A program made the translations under genes and the position numbers. Positions 17,414 through 27,304 of a stretch of DNA of 64,000 bases are shown here, piece by piece. The notes beneath the pieces were generated by a model. It did no database searches. It was not told where the DNA came from and saw only the letters and a program-made list of their open reading frames with translations. Each line of letters begins with the position of its first letter. Within the stretch, counting starts at the first letter, position 1. The stretch lies in the NCBI GenBank assembly GCA_045616665.1, contig JAZLHE010000098.1, forward strand, positions 8,034 to 72,033, given 5' to 3'. The stretch is from Bacteroidales bacterium. GTDB taxonomy: Bacteria > Bacteroidota > Bacteroidia > Bacteroidales > WCHB1-69.

Positions 17414-18661
17414 ATGAAATATACAAAAATAACTCTCGGATTATTATTATCAATCGTGATGATTTGTACTTCCGCCTGCAAAAAAGAATTGGATGTGGCT
17501 CCTTGCGCCACTTTTGACGGAAAAGCCACCCATACCATTGCGGAATTATTACAATTTCATCCGTTAACCGAAGGATTCACCTACGACACGATACCTCAAG
17601 GCGTTATTATCCAGGGTGTCGTCATCTCAAGCGACAAAGAAGGCAATTGCTACAAATACATTACCATTGACGACGGAACCGCCGGCGTGCAAATCAAAAT
17701 CAACAGCAGTTCGTTGTACACCAATTATCCATTGGGACAACGTGTTTTCGTAAAATGCGACGGATTGGTACTCGGAGACTACGGAATGCTTCACCAACTG
17801 GGATGGTGGGAAAATGGAAGTATGCAAGGCATCAACACTAACCGTATCTCCAAATACATATTCAGAGACGGTCTTCCAGGTGCTACCCCAGCCCCTATCG
17901 AACTCAATTCCGCCAACGATATCGAAGACAATATGTATAATCGTTTAGTCAAGATAAAGGATTGCCATTTCAAATATCCGGGCAGTGTCTTTGCCGAAAC
18001 GACATCCAGTGGCACTTCCAACGACATCGTCTTTGCCGATGGCAGCGAAATCGTTCTTTACACCAGCGCTTACGCCAAATTTGCCAGCCAACTCACTCCG
18101 GAAGGCAAATTTGATATGATAGCCATTCTGTCTCGTTTTAGAACTACCAAGCAGTTGGTTCTTCGTTCATTGGACGATTTGCATGTAGAGCCCGTCGTTC
18201 AAGAAAAAACCATTTATAATATGAACTTGTCTCAAAATCCACTTCTTAACGGTTGGAGTAATATCACTACCGCTGGAAGCAGCTGGGAATATTTGCCCTC
18301 AGCTTCGGCCTGTTTGATTCAAGGGATGCAAGGCAATAATGACAGTTGGTTGATTTCTCCAGTTGTCAATGCTGCTTCATACGACAATGTCACTTTATCA
18401 CTCACCCACCGCTCTATCAATGGCACCAATGGCCGCAAACTCTACTACTCGACCTCTTACAATGGAGAGTCCATTAATCCTTCAGATTGGACAGAAATTG
18501 ACTTAGGCACAATCGGACAGGGATACACCACTTTTACCCAAAATATTCCAACAGAAATTTTCACTCAACCCAATTTGAGATTTGCATTAAGATATACAGA
18601 TAACACCAATTCCACTTGGCTGATATCTTCTTTTAAATTAGTTTCTTACGTATTAGAATAA
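17414..18661 (+). CDS. Surface lipoprotein with an OB-like (DUF5689-like) N-terminal module and a choice-of-anchor-J-like C-terminal domain
   Basis: Lipoprotein signal (...MICTSAC). Block VVISSDKEGNCYKYITIDDGTAGVQIKI. C-terminal NGWSN...DSWLISPVV motif. Paralogous to the next gene. The family names are recollections and were not checked by HMM. Confidence 0.65.
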   Translation: MKYTKITLGLLLSIVMICTSACKKELDVAPCATFDGKATHTIAELLQFHPLTEGFTYDTIPQGVIIQGVVISSDKEGNCYKYITIDDGTAGVQIKINSSSLYTNYPLGQRVFVKCDGLVLGDYGMLHQLGWWENGSMQGINTNRISKYIFRDGLPGATPAPIELNSANDIEDNMYNRLVKIKDCHFKYPGSVFAETTSSGTSNDIVFADGSEIVLYTSAYAKFASQLTPEGKFDMIAILSRFRTTKQLVLRSLDDLHVEPVVQEKTIYNMNLSQNPLLNGWSNITTAGSSWEYLPSASACLIQGMQGNNDSWLISPVVNAASYDNVTLSLTHRSINGTNGRKLYYSTSYNGESINPSDWTEIDLGTIGQGYTTFTQNIPTEIFTQPNLRFALRYTDNTNSTWLISSFKLVSYVLE

Positions 18662-18671
18662 AAATTGCATT

Positions 18672-19961
18672 ATGAAAAAAATATTCAATCTGATATTTGC
18701 ATTATCATTGATGGCCGTTATCATTCCGTCTTGTCAAAAATGGACGGCTCCCAAATTTGAAGCCCCGGTTTATACGGGTCCCAAGGCCAATAAAACCATT
18801 GCCGACATCAAAGCACGCCATCTTGTGCTTGATCAAAACATCCAGGATTCCATTTGTCGCGCCTCATCCGAGAAATTTATCGTCAAGGCAGTGGTGGTCA
18901 GTTCCGATGAAGGTGGAAACTGTTACAAATATCTTACCGTTCAAGACGCAACGGGTGGCATCGAAATCGCCATCGACAAAAACAGCCTTTTCAACGACTA
19001 CCCTGTAGGACAAATCGTATATATAAACTGTCAGGGCTTAGTGGTTGGCGACTACAACAATAAATATCAAATCGGATGGATTTATGAAAACAGCATTGGA
19101 CGTATCAACGCTATGATGTTGGGTAATTATTTGTCCAAAGATGGACTTCCCGACATGAAAAATATTGAAGAACTTTCGCCTTGCGGTGGAATTTGCGAGA
19201 TTAATTCCAATGTTGATCTTGATCCGGTAAAAGTCAATTGCCTTTGTCGTATTTCAAAAGCCAAATTCAAAGCAGAATGTCACGGTTTGCAATTGGCCAC
19301 CAACGACCTCACTTGTGACCGCGAACTCGAAAATTACAACATCACCGTGAGGACTTCCAACTATGCGAAATTCAGAAATTTTGTTATTGATGCCACCAAG
19401 GAATACGATTTGACGGGTATTTTGACCATTTACAACAACAATTACCAATTCACCATTCGCACCATTGACGACATCAAAATCGCTCCGAAAGAAGAAGAAA
19501 TACTGGTGAAACAACTGACTTTTGATGCCAGTTCTTTCACCACCGGAGGATGGTCTCAAAACAATGCAAACGGCTGGCAGTTTTCAGACAATTATATGTA
19601 CCACATGTTTGTCAATGCCACTTGTGACGACTGGATGGTTTCTCCCGAAATCACCATTCATGATAATGACAGCTATCTTAAAATCGAGCATCATATCAAC
19701 GAAGTTACCGACCCTGATTTTTACCAGGTTTATTATTCCACCGCTTCATTTGACGGAACCATTCACGAAAGCGACTGGACACCTTATAACTTAACAGAAT
19801 ATCCATCCTCCTCCTACTTTGGATACAGCAATGAATTGACACCTGTTCCGCAAGGCGTTCCTTTTAGAATTGCGATCAGATACAATAAACACACCAGCTC
19901 AATAGCATCACACAGATGGTATATTAAATCATTAAACTTTTATAAGAAAGAATGGAGATAA
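18672..19961 (+). CDS. Paralogous surface lipoprotein (OB-like module plus choice-of-anchor-J-like domain)
   Basis: Lipoprotein signal (...AVIIPSC). Block [28 protein letters not shown] is nearly identical to that of its neighbour. C-terminal GGWSQ...DDWMVSPEI motif. Confidence 0.65.
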   Translation: MKKIFNLIFALSLMAVIIPSCQKWTAPKFEAPVYTGPKANKTIADIKARHLVLDQNIQDSICRASSEKFIVKAVVVSSDEGGNCYKYLTVQDATGGIEIAIDKNSLFNDYPVGQIVYINCQGLVVGDYNNKYQIGWIYENSIGRINAMMLGNYLSKDGLPDMKNIEELSPCGGICEINSNVDLDPVKVNCLCRISKAKFKAECHGLQLATNDLTCDRELENYNITVRTSNYAKFRNFVIDATKEYDLTGILTIYNNNYQFTIRTIDDIKIAPKEEEILVKQLTFDASSFTTGGWSQNNANGWQFSDNYMYHMFVNATCDDWMVSPEITIHDNDSYLKIEHHINEVTDPDFYQVYYSTASFDGTIHESDWTPYNLTEYPSSSYFGYSNELTPVPQGVPFRIAIRYNKHTSSIASHRWYIKSLNFYKKEWR

Positions 19962-21163
19962 AACTAAACACGATTGAAGAAGCCATTGAAGATTTCAAGC
20001 AAGGCAAATTTTTAATAGTTGTTGATGATGAAGATCGTGAAAACGAAGGCGATTTTATCATAGCGGCCGAGCACATTACACCGGAAAAAGTCAATTTTAT
20101 GCTTCAAAATGGTCGTGGGGTTCTTTGTACACCGATGTCGGAAGAACGCTGCAGCCAGTTGAAATTAAATATGCAGGTTGACCTTAACACGTCACTGTTG
20201 GGCACACCTTTTACCGTCACCGTTGACCTCTTGGGACACGGCTGCACGACGGGAGTTTCCATGCGCGACAGAGCCCTTACCATCAAGGCCTTGTCAGATC
20301 CCAATGCCAAAGCCGAACATTTTGGCCGCCCAGGTCACGTCAACCCCTTACGTGCCAGAGATGGCGGTGTGTTGGTACGCGCCGGCCACACGGAAGCCAC
20401 GGTTGACTTAACCAAATTGGCAGGCCTCCAACCCGTTGGATGTCTTATTGAGATCATCAATCCCGACGGCACGATGGCTCGTCTTCCACAACTGATGGAA
20501 GTGGCTAAAAAATACGACATCAAGATTATTACCATTCAGGATCTGATTGCCTATCGTATCAAAACCGAGAAATTCATCCGCAAGGAACAGGAAGTGAACC
20601 TGCCCACTCAATGGGGAAATTTCAAACTCATTGCCTACACCCAGCTTAACAACAACAGCACGCATTTGGTGCTCAAGAAAGGCGATTGGAAAGACGGCGA
20701 CCCTGTGTTGGTCCGCGTACACTCCTCTTGCGCCACAGGCGACATTTTCGGCTCGTGCAAGTGCGATTGCGGAGCCCAGTTGCATCGCTCGATGGAAATG
20801 ATTGAAAAGGAAGGAAAAGGAATGGTACTTTATATGAGTCAGGAAGGAAGAGGCATTGGATTGGTTAACAAACTCAAGGCCTACCATTTACAGGAATTAG
20901 GTCGCGACACCGTGGAAGCCAATCTCGAATTGGGTTTCAAAGCCGATGAACGCGACTACGGCATTGGCGCGCAAATCCTCAAGGACCAAAACGCCAGCAA
21001 AATCCGCCTCATCACCAACAATCCAGCCAAGCGAGTTGGCCTCAACGGCTATGGCATTGAAATTCAGGAAACCGTTCCCATCATTATTGAGCCCAACGAT
21101 ATCAACAGAAACTACCTAAAGACCAAACAGGAGAAGATGGGACATAAGTTGAATTTGAAGTAA
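19952..21163 (+). CDS. ribBA: Bifunctional 3,4-dihydroxy-2-butanone-4-phosphate synthase / GTP cyclohydrolase II
   Basis: 403 aa. RibB part ([27 protein letters not shown]) and RibA part ([31 protein letters not shown]). The ATG overlaps the preceding gene by 10 nt. Confidence 0.95.
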   Translation: MEIKLNTIEEAIEDFKQGKFLIVVDDEDRENEGDFIIAAEHITPEKVNFMLQNGRGVLCTPMSEERCSQLKLNMQVDLNTSLLGTPFTVTVDLLGHGCTTGVSMRDRALTIKALSDPNAKAEHFGRPGHVNPLRARDGGVLVRAGHTEATVDLTKLAGLQPVGCLIEIINPDGTMARLPQLMEVAKKYDIKIITIQDLIAYRIKTEKFIRKEQEVNLPTQWGNFKLIAYTQLNNNSTHLVLKKGDWKDGDPVLVRVHSSCATGDIFGSCKCDCGAQLHRSMEMIEKEGKGMVLYMSQEGRGIGLVNKLKAYHLQELGRDTVEANLELGFKADERDYGIGAQILKDQNASKIRLITNNPAKRVGLNGYGIEIQETVPIIIEPNDINRNYLKTKQEKMGHKLNLK

Positions 21164-21181
21164 ATATATATTACCCAAACG

Positions 21182-21211
21182 AAAAGAGGCACTCGTTTGA
21201 GTGCCTCTTTT
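21182..21211. terminator. Bidirectional rho-independent terminator between convergent genes
   Basis: Perfect 13-bp stem aaaagaggcactc / gagtgcctctttt with a gttt loop. A/T runs lie on both sides. Confidence 0.8.
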
Positions 21212-21240
21212 CGTTTTATTACAAACTTAAAATGTTTTGA

Positions 21241-21948
21241 TTATTCTTCTTCCTCATCTCCACCCATTCCCAACATTTTCATCAAGTCAGGATTGGTTTT
21301 AATGTCTTGGGCATCAGAAGGAAGCATAAAGTCAACCACTTTGATTTTCTTGTTGGCAACAACTTCGGTAGCTTCAACAACCACCGTCACGGGAGTTCCG
21401 TCAACATCTGTTTGGCTTTCACTTCTCATAGGATAACCTGCCAAACCTGGATATTGTTGGAAGTTGATGGCATCACCTGCATTGATGGCCTTAGAAACGT
21501 AAACAACCATATTTTCACTTTCGTCGGTTTCAAGATCGGTAGCCGTAACATTAATTTTTTCGCATTCATAACCGGCAATAGTCATTTTTTCTCCCGTATT
21601 CTTGTATTCCATTTTGATGTTTTTTAATCTTTCCTGGATTTTGTCAGCAGGGGTTTCAATGAAATACTTGCCCATTCCCATAATGTCCAACAAAACGGTA
21701 ACGGTTTTGGCGTCGCCATTGCTAATGGTGGTAATGCCAAAACCTTCTTGTGGAGAAATGACGGTTTTGGTATAGTTGCCAAAAAGTGTGATACTATAAT
21801 CACTTTCGCCTTGAGAAGTGATATTGGGATCGTCGGTACCTTCAATATGCGTGTGCATCTTAATGGTACCCGCAAATGGTTTTTGAGCAGAAACAAGTGC
21901 TGTAAATCCCATCATTACAACAACTAAAACTAATGCAATTTTTTTCAT
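21241..21948 (-). CDS. Hypothetical secreted protein (possibly DUF4412-like)
   Basis: 235 aa with signal peptide MKKIALVLVVVMMGFTALVSAQ and an acidic tail GGDEEEE. No catalytic motif recognised. Confidence 0.5.
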   Translation of the reverse strand: MKKIALVLVVVMMGFTALVSAQKPFAGTIKMHTHIEGTDDPNITSQGESDYSITLFGNYTKTVISPQEGFGITTISNGDAKTVTVLLDIMGMGKYFIETPADKIQERLKNIKMEYKNTGEKMTIAGYECEKINVTATDLETDESENMVVYVSKAINAGDAINFQQYPGLAGYPMRSESQTDVDGTPVTVVVEATEVVANKKIKVVDFMLPSDAQDIKTNPDLMKMLGMGGDEEEE

Positions 21949-21990
21949 AGATTTATTTTTTTGATTAATATTTCATTTCTAATACAAATG

Positions 21991-21998
21991 CAAAAATA
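21991..21998 (-). promoter_or_regulatory. -7 promoter box (TATTTTTG on minus strand)
   Basis: The reverse complement of caaaaata matches TAnnTTTG, 43 nt upstream of the ATG at 21948. Confidence 0.4.
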
Positions 21999-22110
21999 CA
22001 TTATTTTCTTTTACAAAACATAATCTTAATATATTAGACTCTGAATTTTCAAATTTGCTACAAAGAACATCCATATTTCAATTCAATAGACGACAAAATC
22101 ATTAAAAAGT

Positions 22111-23745
22111 TTATTGGATGCTCTTGAACATCTTGCTCCAACGGATTTTGCCATCGCCAAAGTCCTTGAATTTATCCAATGACAACCAAACAAACAAAGT
22201 TCTTCCAACGATATGGTTTTCAGGAACAAAGCCCCAGAATCTCGAATCTGCGGAATTGTGTCGGTTATCGCCCATCATAAAGTAATAATTCATCTTGAAA
22301 GTATATTCGTGGGCTTCCTTTCCGTTGATATATACTTTATCGCCCACAACTTTTAAGTCGTTCAATTCATAATTCTTGATAATTTGAGCATACAATACGA
22401 TAGTCGAATCGTTAATTTCAACGGTTTCGCCTTTTTTAGGAACGGTCAGTTCGCCAAAATTGTCCTTGTTCCAAGCATAACGAGCATCGTGAGGAAAGAT
22501 ATTGGGATCTCCAACGCCTTCCTTGTCCACGATTTTTTCAACCAGCAGTCCCAGTTTTTCAATCTTCTTTTTCTGTTCTTCGTTAATCCAGTAAACCGTA
22601 GTGATAGCATCAATCTTTTGAATATCTTCTTCGTTAATATTCAACTCTTTACGTTTTTTTGGAGTTAAGCCGATTCCAGCGGGGTCGGTAACAAAATAGG
22701 AATACTGCATCCGTTCGGGCTTAAAAGCTGTTTTCCCATTGATAAACAACTCGCTATTGACGATTTTGATTTTATCGCCCGGCATTGCCACGCAGCGTTT
22801 CACATAGTTTTCCCGTTTATCCACGGGACGCGACACCACCTTGTATTCTTTCTTCACGGCTTCCCTGCCCTTACCTTCGTAATAAGGTCCTGGGTATTTT
22901 GCCTGATAATGTGCCACCATTTCGGGCGAGTATTTGTAATACAGACTTTCCATAATCTGCTTAGGCGTTTGCGGGTTGAGCATATACTCAAACTCGCGTA
23001 CGATGGCATAATAGCTTTCGCTTTGACGTTCAATGGCCACCGTGTCACCATCGGGATAATTGAAAACCACGATGTCGTATCTACGCAGAGGTCGCAGGGC
23101 CGGGAATTTCATATACGGCAATTCGACACATTCAGAATAAGACTTCACTGTTTTGGTTCCGGGAAGCGTATGATGAACAAAGGGAACTGCGATTGGCGTC
23201 ATTGGGACACGAGCACCGAAATCCATTTTTCCCACGGCCAAATAATCGCCCACCATCAATGTACTTTCCATAGAAGACGTGGGGATGGCGTAAAATTCCA
23301 CCAGAAACATTCTGATAATATAGGCGGCGGCCACGGCAAAAATAATCGCATCGCCCCACTCTCTGGCCTTGCTTTTCACAAACGGCTTCAAATCGGTAAA
23401 ATGAGTGAACTGTTCTTTCTTTGACCAACCCAAATAAGGCAGATAGATAAAGAAAAACGCCGTCCCAAAAATCAAAGGCAAATAACTTGTTTTTCCAAAC
23501 AGACGTATGGTCTTCCATATCATCATAAAAAACATAAACACCCCGATGAAAGGGAAAATGATGAAAATCATCCACCACCAGGGACGGGAAAGCACTTTCC
23601 GCAACCAAATCCAATAATCGTAAATCGGGATGATGGATAAGACGGGGTTGACCCCAGCCTTTTTGAAAATGCCCCACAAGCCAATATGGAAGCCCAAATA
23701 TGAAATAATCAGAATAACATAAACAGCTGCAACGGAAAGAGTCAT
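22111..23745 (-). CDS. lepB: Signal peptidase I (long Bacteroidota form)
   Basis: 544 aa with N-terminal TM helices, the S26 catalytic serine box IPTSSMESTLMVGDY, the lysine box YVKRCVAMPGD and GDNRHNSADSRFWGFVPENHIVG. Confidence 0.9.
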   Translation of the reverse strand: MTLSVAAVYVILIISYLGFHIGLWGIFKKAGVNPVLSIIPIYDYWIWLRKVLSRPWWWMIFIIFPFIGVFMFFMMIWKTIRLFGKTSYLPLIFGTAFFFIYLPYLGWSKKEQFTHFTDLKPFVKSKAREWGDAIIFAVAAAYIIRMFLVEFYAIPTSSMESTLMVGDYLAVGKMDFGARVPMTPIAVPFVHHTLPGTKTVKSYSECVELPYMKFPALRPLRRYDIVVFNYPDGDTVAIERQSESYYAIVREFEYMLNPQTPKQIMESLYYKYSPEMVAHYQAKYPGPYYEGKGREAVKKEYKVVSRPVDKRENYVKRCVAMPGDKIKIVNSELFINGKTAFKPERMQYSYFVTDPAGIGLTPKKRKELNINEEDIQKIDAITTVYWINEEQKKKIEKLGLLVEKIVDKEGVGDPNIFPHDARYAWNKDNFGELTVPKKGETVEINDSTIVLYAQIIKNYELNDLKVVGDKVYINGKEAHEYTFKMNYYFMMGDNRHNSADSRFWGFVPENHIVGRTLFVWLSLDKFKDFGDGKIRWSKMFKSIQ

Positions 23746-23800
23746 TTTTTACAATTTAATTTTTATAAAAGAACGAGACATATCGTTATAAAAGATATAT

Positions 23801-24493
23801 CTAATTAATATTCAATGCAATATCTTTAAAATTATATATTCCAGGATGATTGACCAACCACAATGCGGCTTTCACGGCACCTCTGGCTAATTCCACCCTA
23901 TTCTTGGCGGTATGAGTCAATTCAATGGTTTCATTTTCAGACTGATACGTCACTTTATGAATACCGGGAACATCGGTTAAGCGGAATGACTGAATAGGTA
24001 TTTCGAGCGATTTGTCGTATTGATTTTCGATGATTTTAGCCAGTTGGATGGCGGTTCCACTCGGTGCATCCTTCTTGGTTATGTGATGGGTTTCTTCAAT
24101 AGAAGGAAGAAATTGAGACTGATGATTCATTATCTCAGCCATCAGTTCATTGATTTTGAAGAAAACATTTACGCCAATGCTAAAATTAGAGCCAAAAACA
24201 AACGACGCTGATTGGTTTTGGCAATAGGCCAACACTTCGTCCATTTGCTCATACCAGCCGGTAGTTCCAGCTACCAACGGAATATGGTTTTCGAAACATT
24301 TTTTGAAATTGGCCACGGCCACGGTCGGCATTGAAAATTCCACGGCGACATCGGCTGTAAGGAATAGTGTCCATTGGTTTTTCCAATCTTCTTCGTTATC
24401 GATTTTGGCCACTATTTCATCGTGACGGGCAAGAATAATCTTCTCCACTTCCTTGCCCATTTTTCCATAGCCCAATATTGCAAATTTCGTCAT
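23801..24493 (-). CDS. dapB: 4-hydroxy-tetrahydrodipicolinate reductase
   Basis: 230 aa with the Rossmann start FAILGYGKMGKEV and the signature EETHHITKKDAPSGTA. Confidence 0.92.
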   Translation of the reverse strand: MTKFAILGYGKMGKEVEKIILARHDEIVAKIDNEEDWKNQWTLFLTADVAVEFSMPTVAVANFKKCFENHIPLVAGTTGWYEQMDEVLAYCQNQSASFVFGSNFSIGVNVFFKINELMAEIMNHQSQFLPSIEETHHITKKDAPSGTAIQLAKIIENQYDKSLEIPIQSFRLTDVPGIHKVTYQSENETIELTHTAKNRVELARGAVKAALWLVNHPGIYNFKDIALNIN

Positions 24494-25212
24494 TATTTAA
24501 AATTTAATGTGAGTCCGACACCGTAACTTAACGATGTTTTCTGATGATTAAACGAAATTCCCAGATAATTAGTATTCACCTGGGGTGAAATGTGCATAGA
24601 AAGATCGTCGGAGATGTCAAAATAATACAAATGGGCATCCACGTAGGCATCCAGAATATTGAGGCAATACAAGACGGTTGTGACAGCAATGGCGATTTCC
24701 ATATTTCTACGGTAATAGTTTTTCATTGCCAACACGTTTTCATCCGTGTACATCGTATAATTCGGATTCAGTTTTTCCGTATGTCCATCACGACGATTGA
24801 TAAATTCGTTTTTAAACAAGTTCATCTGATGGGCAAAATTATAGACAAAATAACCGGAAATTCCCAGTGAGCCGTAAACGATAGGGAGTTTCCAGTATTT
24901 TTTGTTATAAATCTGACCAGCGCCAGGGATAATGGCCAAGCAGGCTGCCACATTTGGATTGTGTTTTTTACGCAATACGGAATCCGGCACATTGATATCT
25001 TCCACGGGTTTGTTCGTAGAGGCTTTTATTCCGTTTGCCTTTTTCCCCGTAACGATACGAGGAGGCTGTTTCATCCTCGCATACCCGCGGGGATTGTGCA
25101 TTTGTGAAGTATCCGTTTCGTTTTTCACTTGATTGGTGTCAACAGTCTGTGCCAGCACGCTGCCTAACGACAAGCAGAAAAAAACAAGCATACAAGAGAT
25201 TATTTTTTTCAT
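24493..25212 (-). CDS. Hypothetical membrane-associated protein (DUF5683-like)
   Basis: The start was moved to ATG 25212 (MKKIISCMLVFFCLSLGSVLAQ). The conserved segment AACLAIIPGAGQIYNKKYWKLPIVYG and its position between parB and dapB are typical of Bacteroidota as I recall. Confidence 0.6.
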   Translation of the reverse strand: MKKIISCMLVFFCLSLGSVLAQTVDTNQVKNETDTSQMHNPRGYARMKQPPRIVTGKKANGIKASTNKPVEDINVPDSVLRKKHNPNVAACLAIIPGAGQIYNKKYWKLPIVYGSLGISGYFVYNFAHQMNLFKNEFINRRDGHTEKLNPNYTMYTDENVLAMKNYYRRNMEIAIAVTTVLYCLNILDAYVDAHLYYFDISDDLSMHISPQVNTNYLGISFNHQKTSLSYGVGLTLNFK

Positions 25213-25233
25213 AGAACACAGACTATAAACCAA

Positions 25234-26124
25234 TTACATCAGTTTGCTAATAATTTGCTTCAAGTCTTCGTCAGAAACAAAAGGAATAGTAATTTTACCT
25301 TTTCCCGACAAGTCTTTGGAGACATTCACCTTGGCGTTAAGTTTTTTGGAAAGCGATGTGGTGAAGTTGTTCACTTCATCGGACAGCGTGATTTTGATTT
25401 TGGTCTTTTGCGGTTTGTATTCGCTGGAATATTTCTTAACCAGGGCTTCGGTCTGGCGAACTGAAAGTCCACCGTCGAGCACTTGTTTTAATACTTTTTC
25501 CTGCACTTTGTCATTTTCAAGAACCACCAAGGCACGGGCGTGGCCCATAGTAATTTGGTTGTCACGGACAGCGATTTGGGTATTTCTTGAAAGCTTGAGC
25601 AATCTCAGGTAATTGGTAATCGTGGATCTGTTTTTACCCACTTTAGTGCTAATTTCTTCCTGAGAGAAGCCACATTCTTCGATTAATCGTTGGTAAGAAA
25701 GAGCGATTTCAAGTGCATTGAGATCTTCGCGTTGAATGTTTTCAACGAGTGCCATTTGAATGGACAGCAAGTCATCAATGGTGCGGACGTATGCCGGAAC
25801 TTCCTGCAATCCCGCCATTTTACAAGCGCGGAGACGTCTTTCCCCTGAAATCAGTTGATACTTGCCGTTGGCTACTGGGCGAACGGTGATGGGCTGAATG
25901 AGCCCATACGACTTGATTGATTCGGCCAATTCCCGCAAAGATTCTTCATCAAAGACGGTGCGGGGCTGATTGGGATTTACCTCAATGGATTCGACACGGA
26001 TGGTGCCGTTAGAATCCTGTTTAATACGAGCCACGGAATTGGATGCGATGGGAAGGTCTCCCCCACCGAGTAACGCGCCCAATCCTTTGCCCAATTTTTT
26101 TGCATCTTTATCCATAACATTCAA
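25234..26124 (-). CDS. parB: Chromosome partitioning protein ParB
   Basis: 296 aa with ParB box GLIQPITVRP...YQLISGERRLRA and an HTH (SQEEISTKVGKNRSTITNYLRLL). Confidence 0.93.
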   Translation of the reverse strand: MNVMDKDAKKLGKGLGALLGGGDLPIASNSVARIKQDSNGTIRVESIEVNPNQPRTVFDEESLRELAESIKSYGLIQPITVRPVANGKYQLISGERRLRACKMAGLQEVPAYVRTIDDLLSIQMALVENIQREDLNALEIALSYQRLIEECGFSQEEISTKVGKNRSTITNYLRLLKLSRNTQIAVRDNQITMGHARALVVLENDKVQEKVLKQVLDGGLSVRQTEALVKKYSSEYKPQKTKIKITLSDEVNNFTTSLSKKLNAKVNVSKDLSGKGKITIPFVSDEDLKQIISKLM

Positions 26125-26126
26125 TT

Positions 26127-26900
26127 TTAAAAGGTGTAACCGTTATTTACCAATACTTCCTTAGCCAAATTCAAGTAATTGATATTTCCCTTGGACTGTA
26201 CGTCATACAGAACGATGGGCTGTCCATAACTTGGGGCCTCGCTCAAACGCACATTTCGTACGATAATCGTATCAAAGACAATACCTTTACAGTGCTGTCT
26301 AACGTCTTCCACGACTGCGTTATTGTGTTTCAAACGAGCGGAATACATCGTCAGCAGAATACCTTCGATTGACAATTGAGGATTCATATTTGACTGAACC
26401 AGGCGTACGGTATTCAACAACTTGCCAAGGCCTTCGAGAGCGTAGTATTCACATTGCACAGGAATGATTACCGAATCGGAAGCGACCAGTGCGTTAAGGG
26501 TTATCAAGCCCAAGGAAGGCGCGCAGTCTATCAATATAAATTCATATTGGTCCTTGATAGAGCTCAATGCGTCACGCATTCTATATTCGCGGCGGTCAAA
26601 GGAAATCATTTCCAACTCGGCGCCTACCAAGTCAATGGTGGCGGGCATCAGGTCAAGGTTGGGTGTAGTCGTTGAGACAATGGCTTCAGAAGCGAATTTA
26701 TTGCCGAGCATGCAATCATAGACGCTGCTTTCCACCTGATCGGCATCCACGCCCACGCCAGAGGTGGCGTTGGCTTGCGGGTCGGCATCGATGAGCAGTG
26801 TCTTATGTTCCAGAACAGCCAACGAAGCAGCCAGGTTGACCGCTGTCGTGGTCTTGCCGACTCCTCCTTTCTGATTAACTACAGCAATAATTTTTCCCAT
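26127..26900 (-). CDS. parA: Chromosome partitioning ATPase ParA/Soj
   Basis: 257 aa with the deviant Walker A NQKGGVGKTTTAVNLA and IDCAPSLG. Confidence 0.95.
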   Translation of the reverse strand: MGKIIAVVNQKGGVGKTTTAVNLAASLAVLEHKTLLIDADPQANATSGVGVDADQVESSVYDCMLGNKFASEAIVSTTTPNLDLMPATIDLVGAELEMISFDRREYRMRDALSSIKDQYEFILIDCAPSLGLITLNALVASDSVIIPVQCEYYALEGLGKLLNTVRLVQSNMNPQLSIEGILLTMYSARLKHNNAVVEDVRQHCKGIVFDTIIVRNVRLSEAPSYGQPIVLYDVQSKGNINYLNLAKEVLVNNGYTF

Positions 26901-27223
26901 TAGGCCTCCAAGTCTTCAAAGTTAATGTCGTCGGATTTGGGTTCATTGGCATCAAAAAGCATATCGTCAGGCATTTTTCCTGTTTCAATGAAATCCAAAA
27001 CAGCGGCTAACGCATTTTGAAATTTTGAGAAATCTTCCTTATAAAGGAACAATTTATGTTTTTCATAGAAGAAAGTGCCATTGTCGGCGTTGAATTTCCG
27101 CTTGCTTTCGGTAATGGTCAAATACTTTTCTTCATTTTTAGTAGTCTTTACATCGAAAAAGTAGGTACGCTTCCCTGCTCTAACTGCTCTTGACAACACT
27201 TCATTTTTTTCTAAATTTTCCAT
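26900..27223 (-). CDS. PUR-alpha-like nucleic-acid-binding protein (DUF3276)
   Basis: 107 aa. The segment SRAVRAGKRTYFFDVKTTKNEEKYLTITESKRKF...YEKHKLFLYKEDF matches the PUR-repeat pattern I recall for this family. Confidence 0.65.
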   Translation of the reverse strand: MENLEKNEVLSRAVRAGKRTYFFDVKTTKNEEKYLTITESKRKFNADNGTFFYEKHKLFLYKEDFSKFQNALAAVLDFIETGKMPDDMLFDANEPKSDDINFEDLEA

Positions 27224-27304
27224 CTCTAATCTTTTTCGTTAATAATTTTGTGAATTATATTTGGCAATATATTTTTTTCTTTGAACGATTAACTATCGGA
27301 TTTA

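Noticed and set aside
19900-19960. FMN riboswitch upstream of ribBA.
   Set aside because: The ribBA start codon overlaps the preceding coding sequence by 10 nt, so no leader exists.
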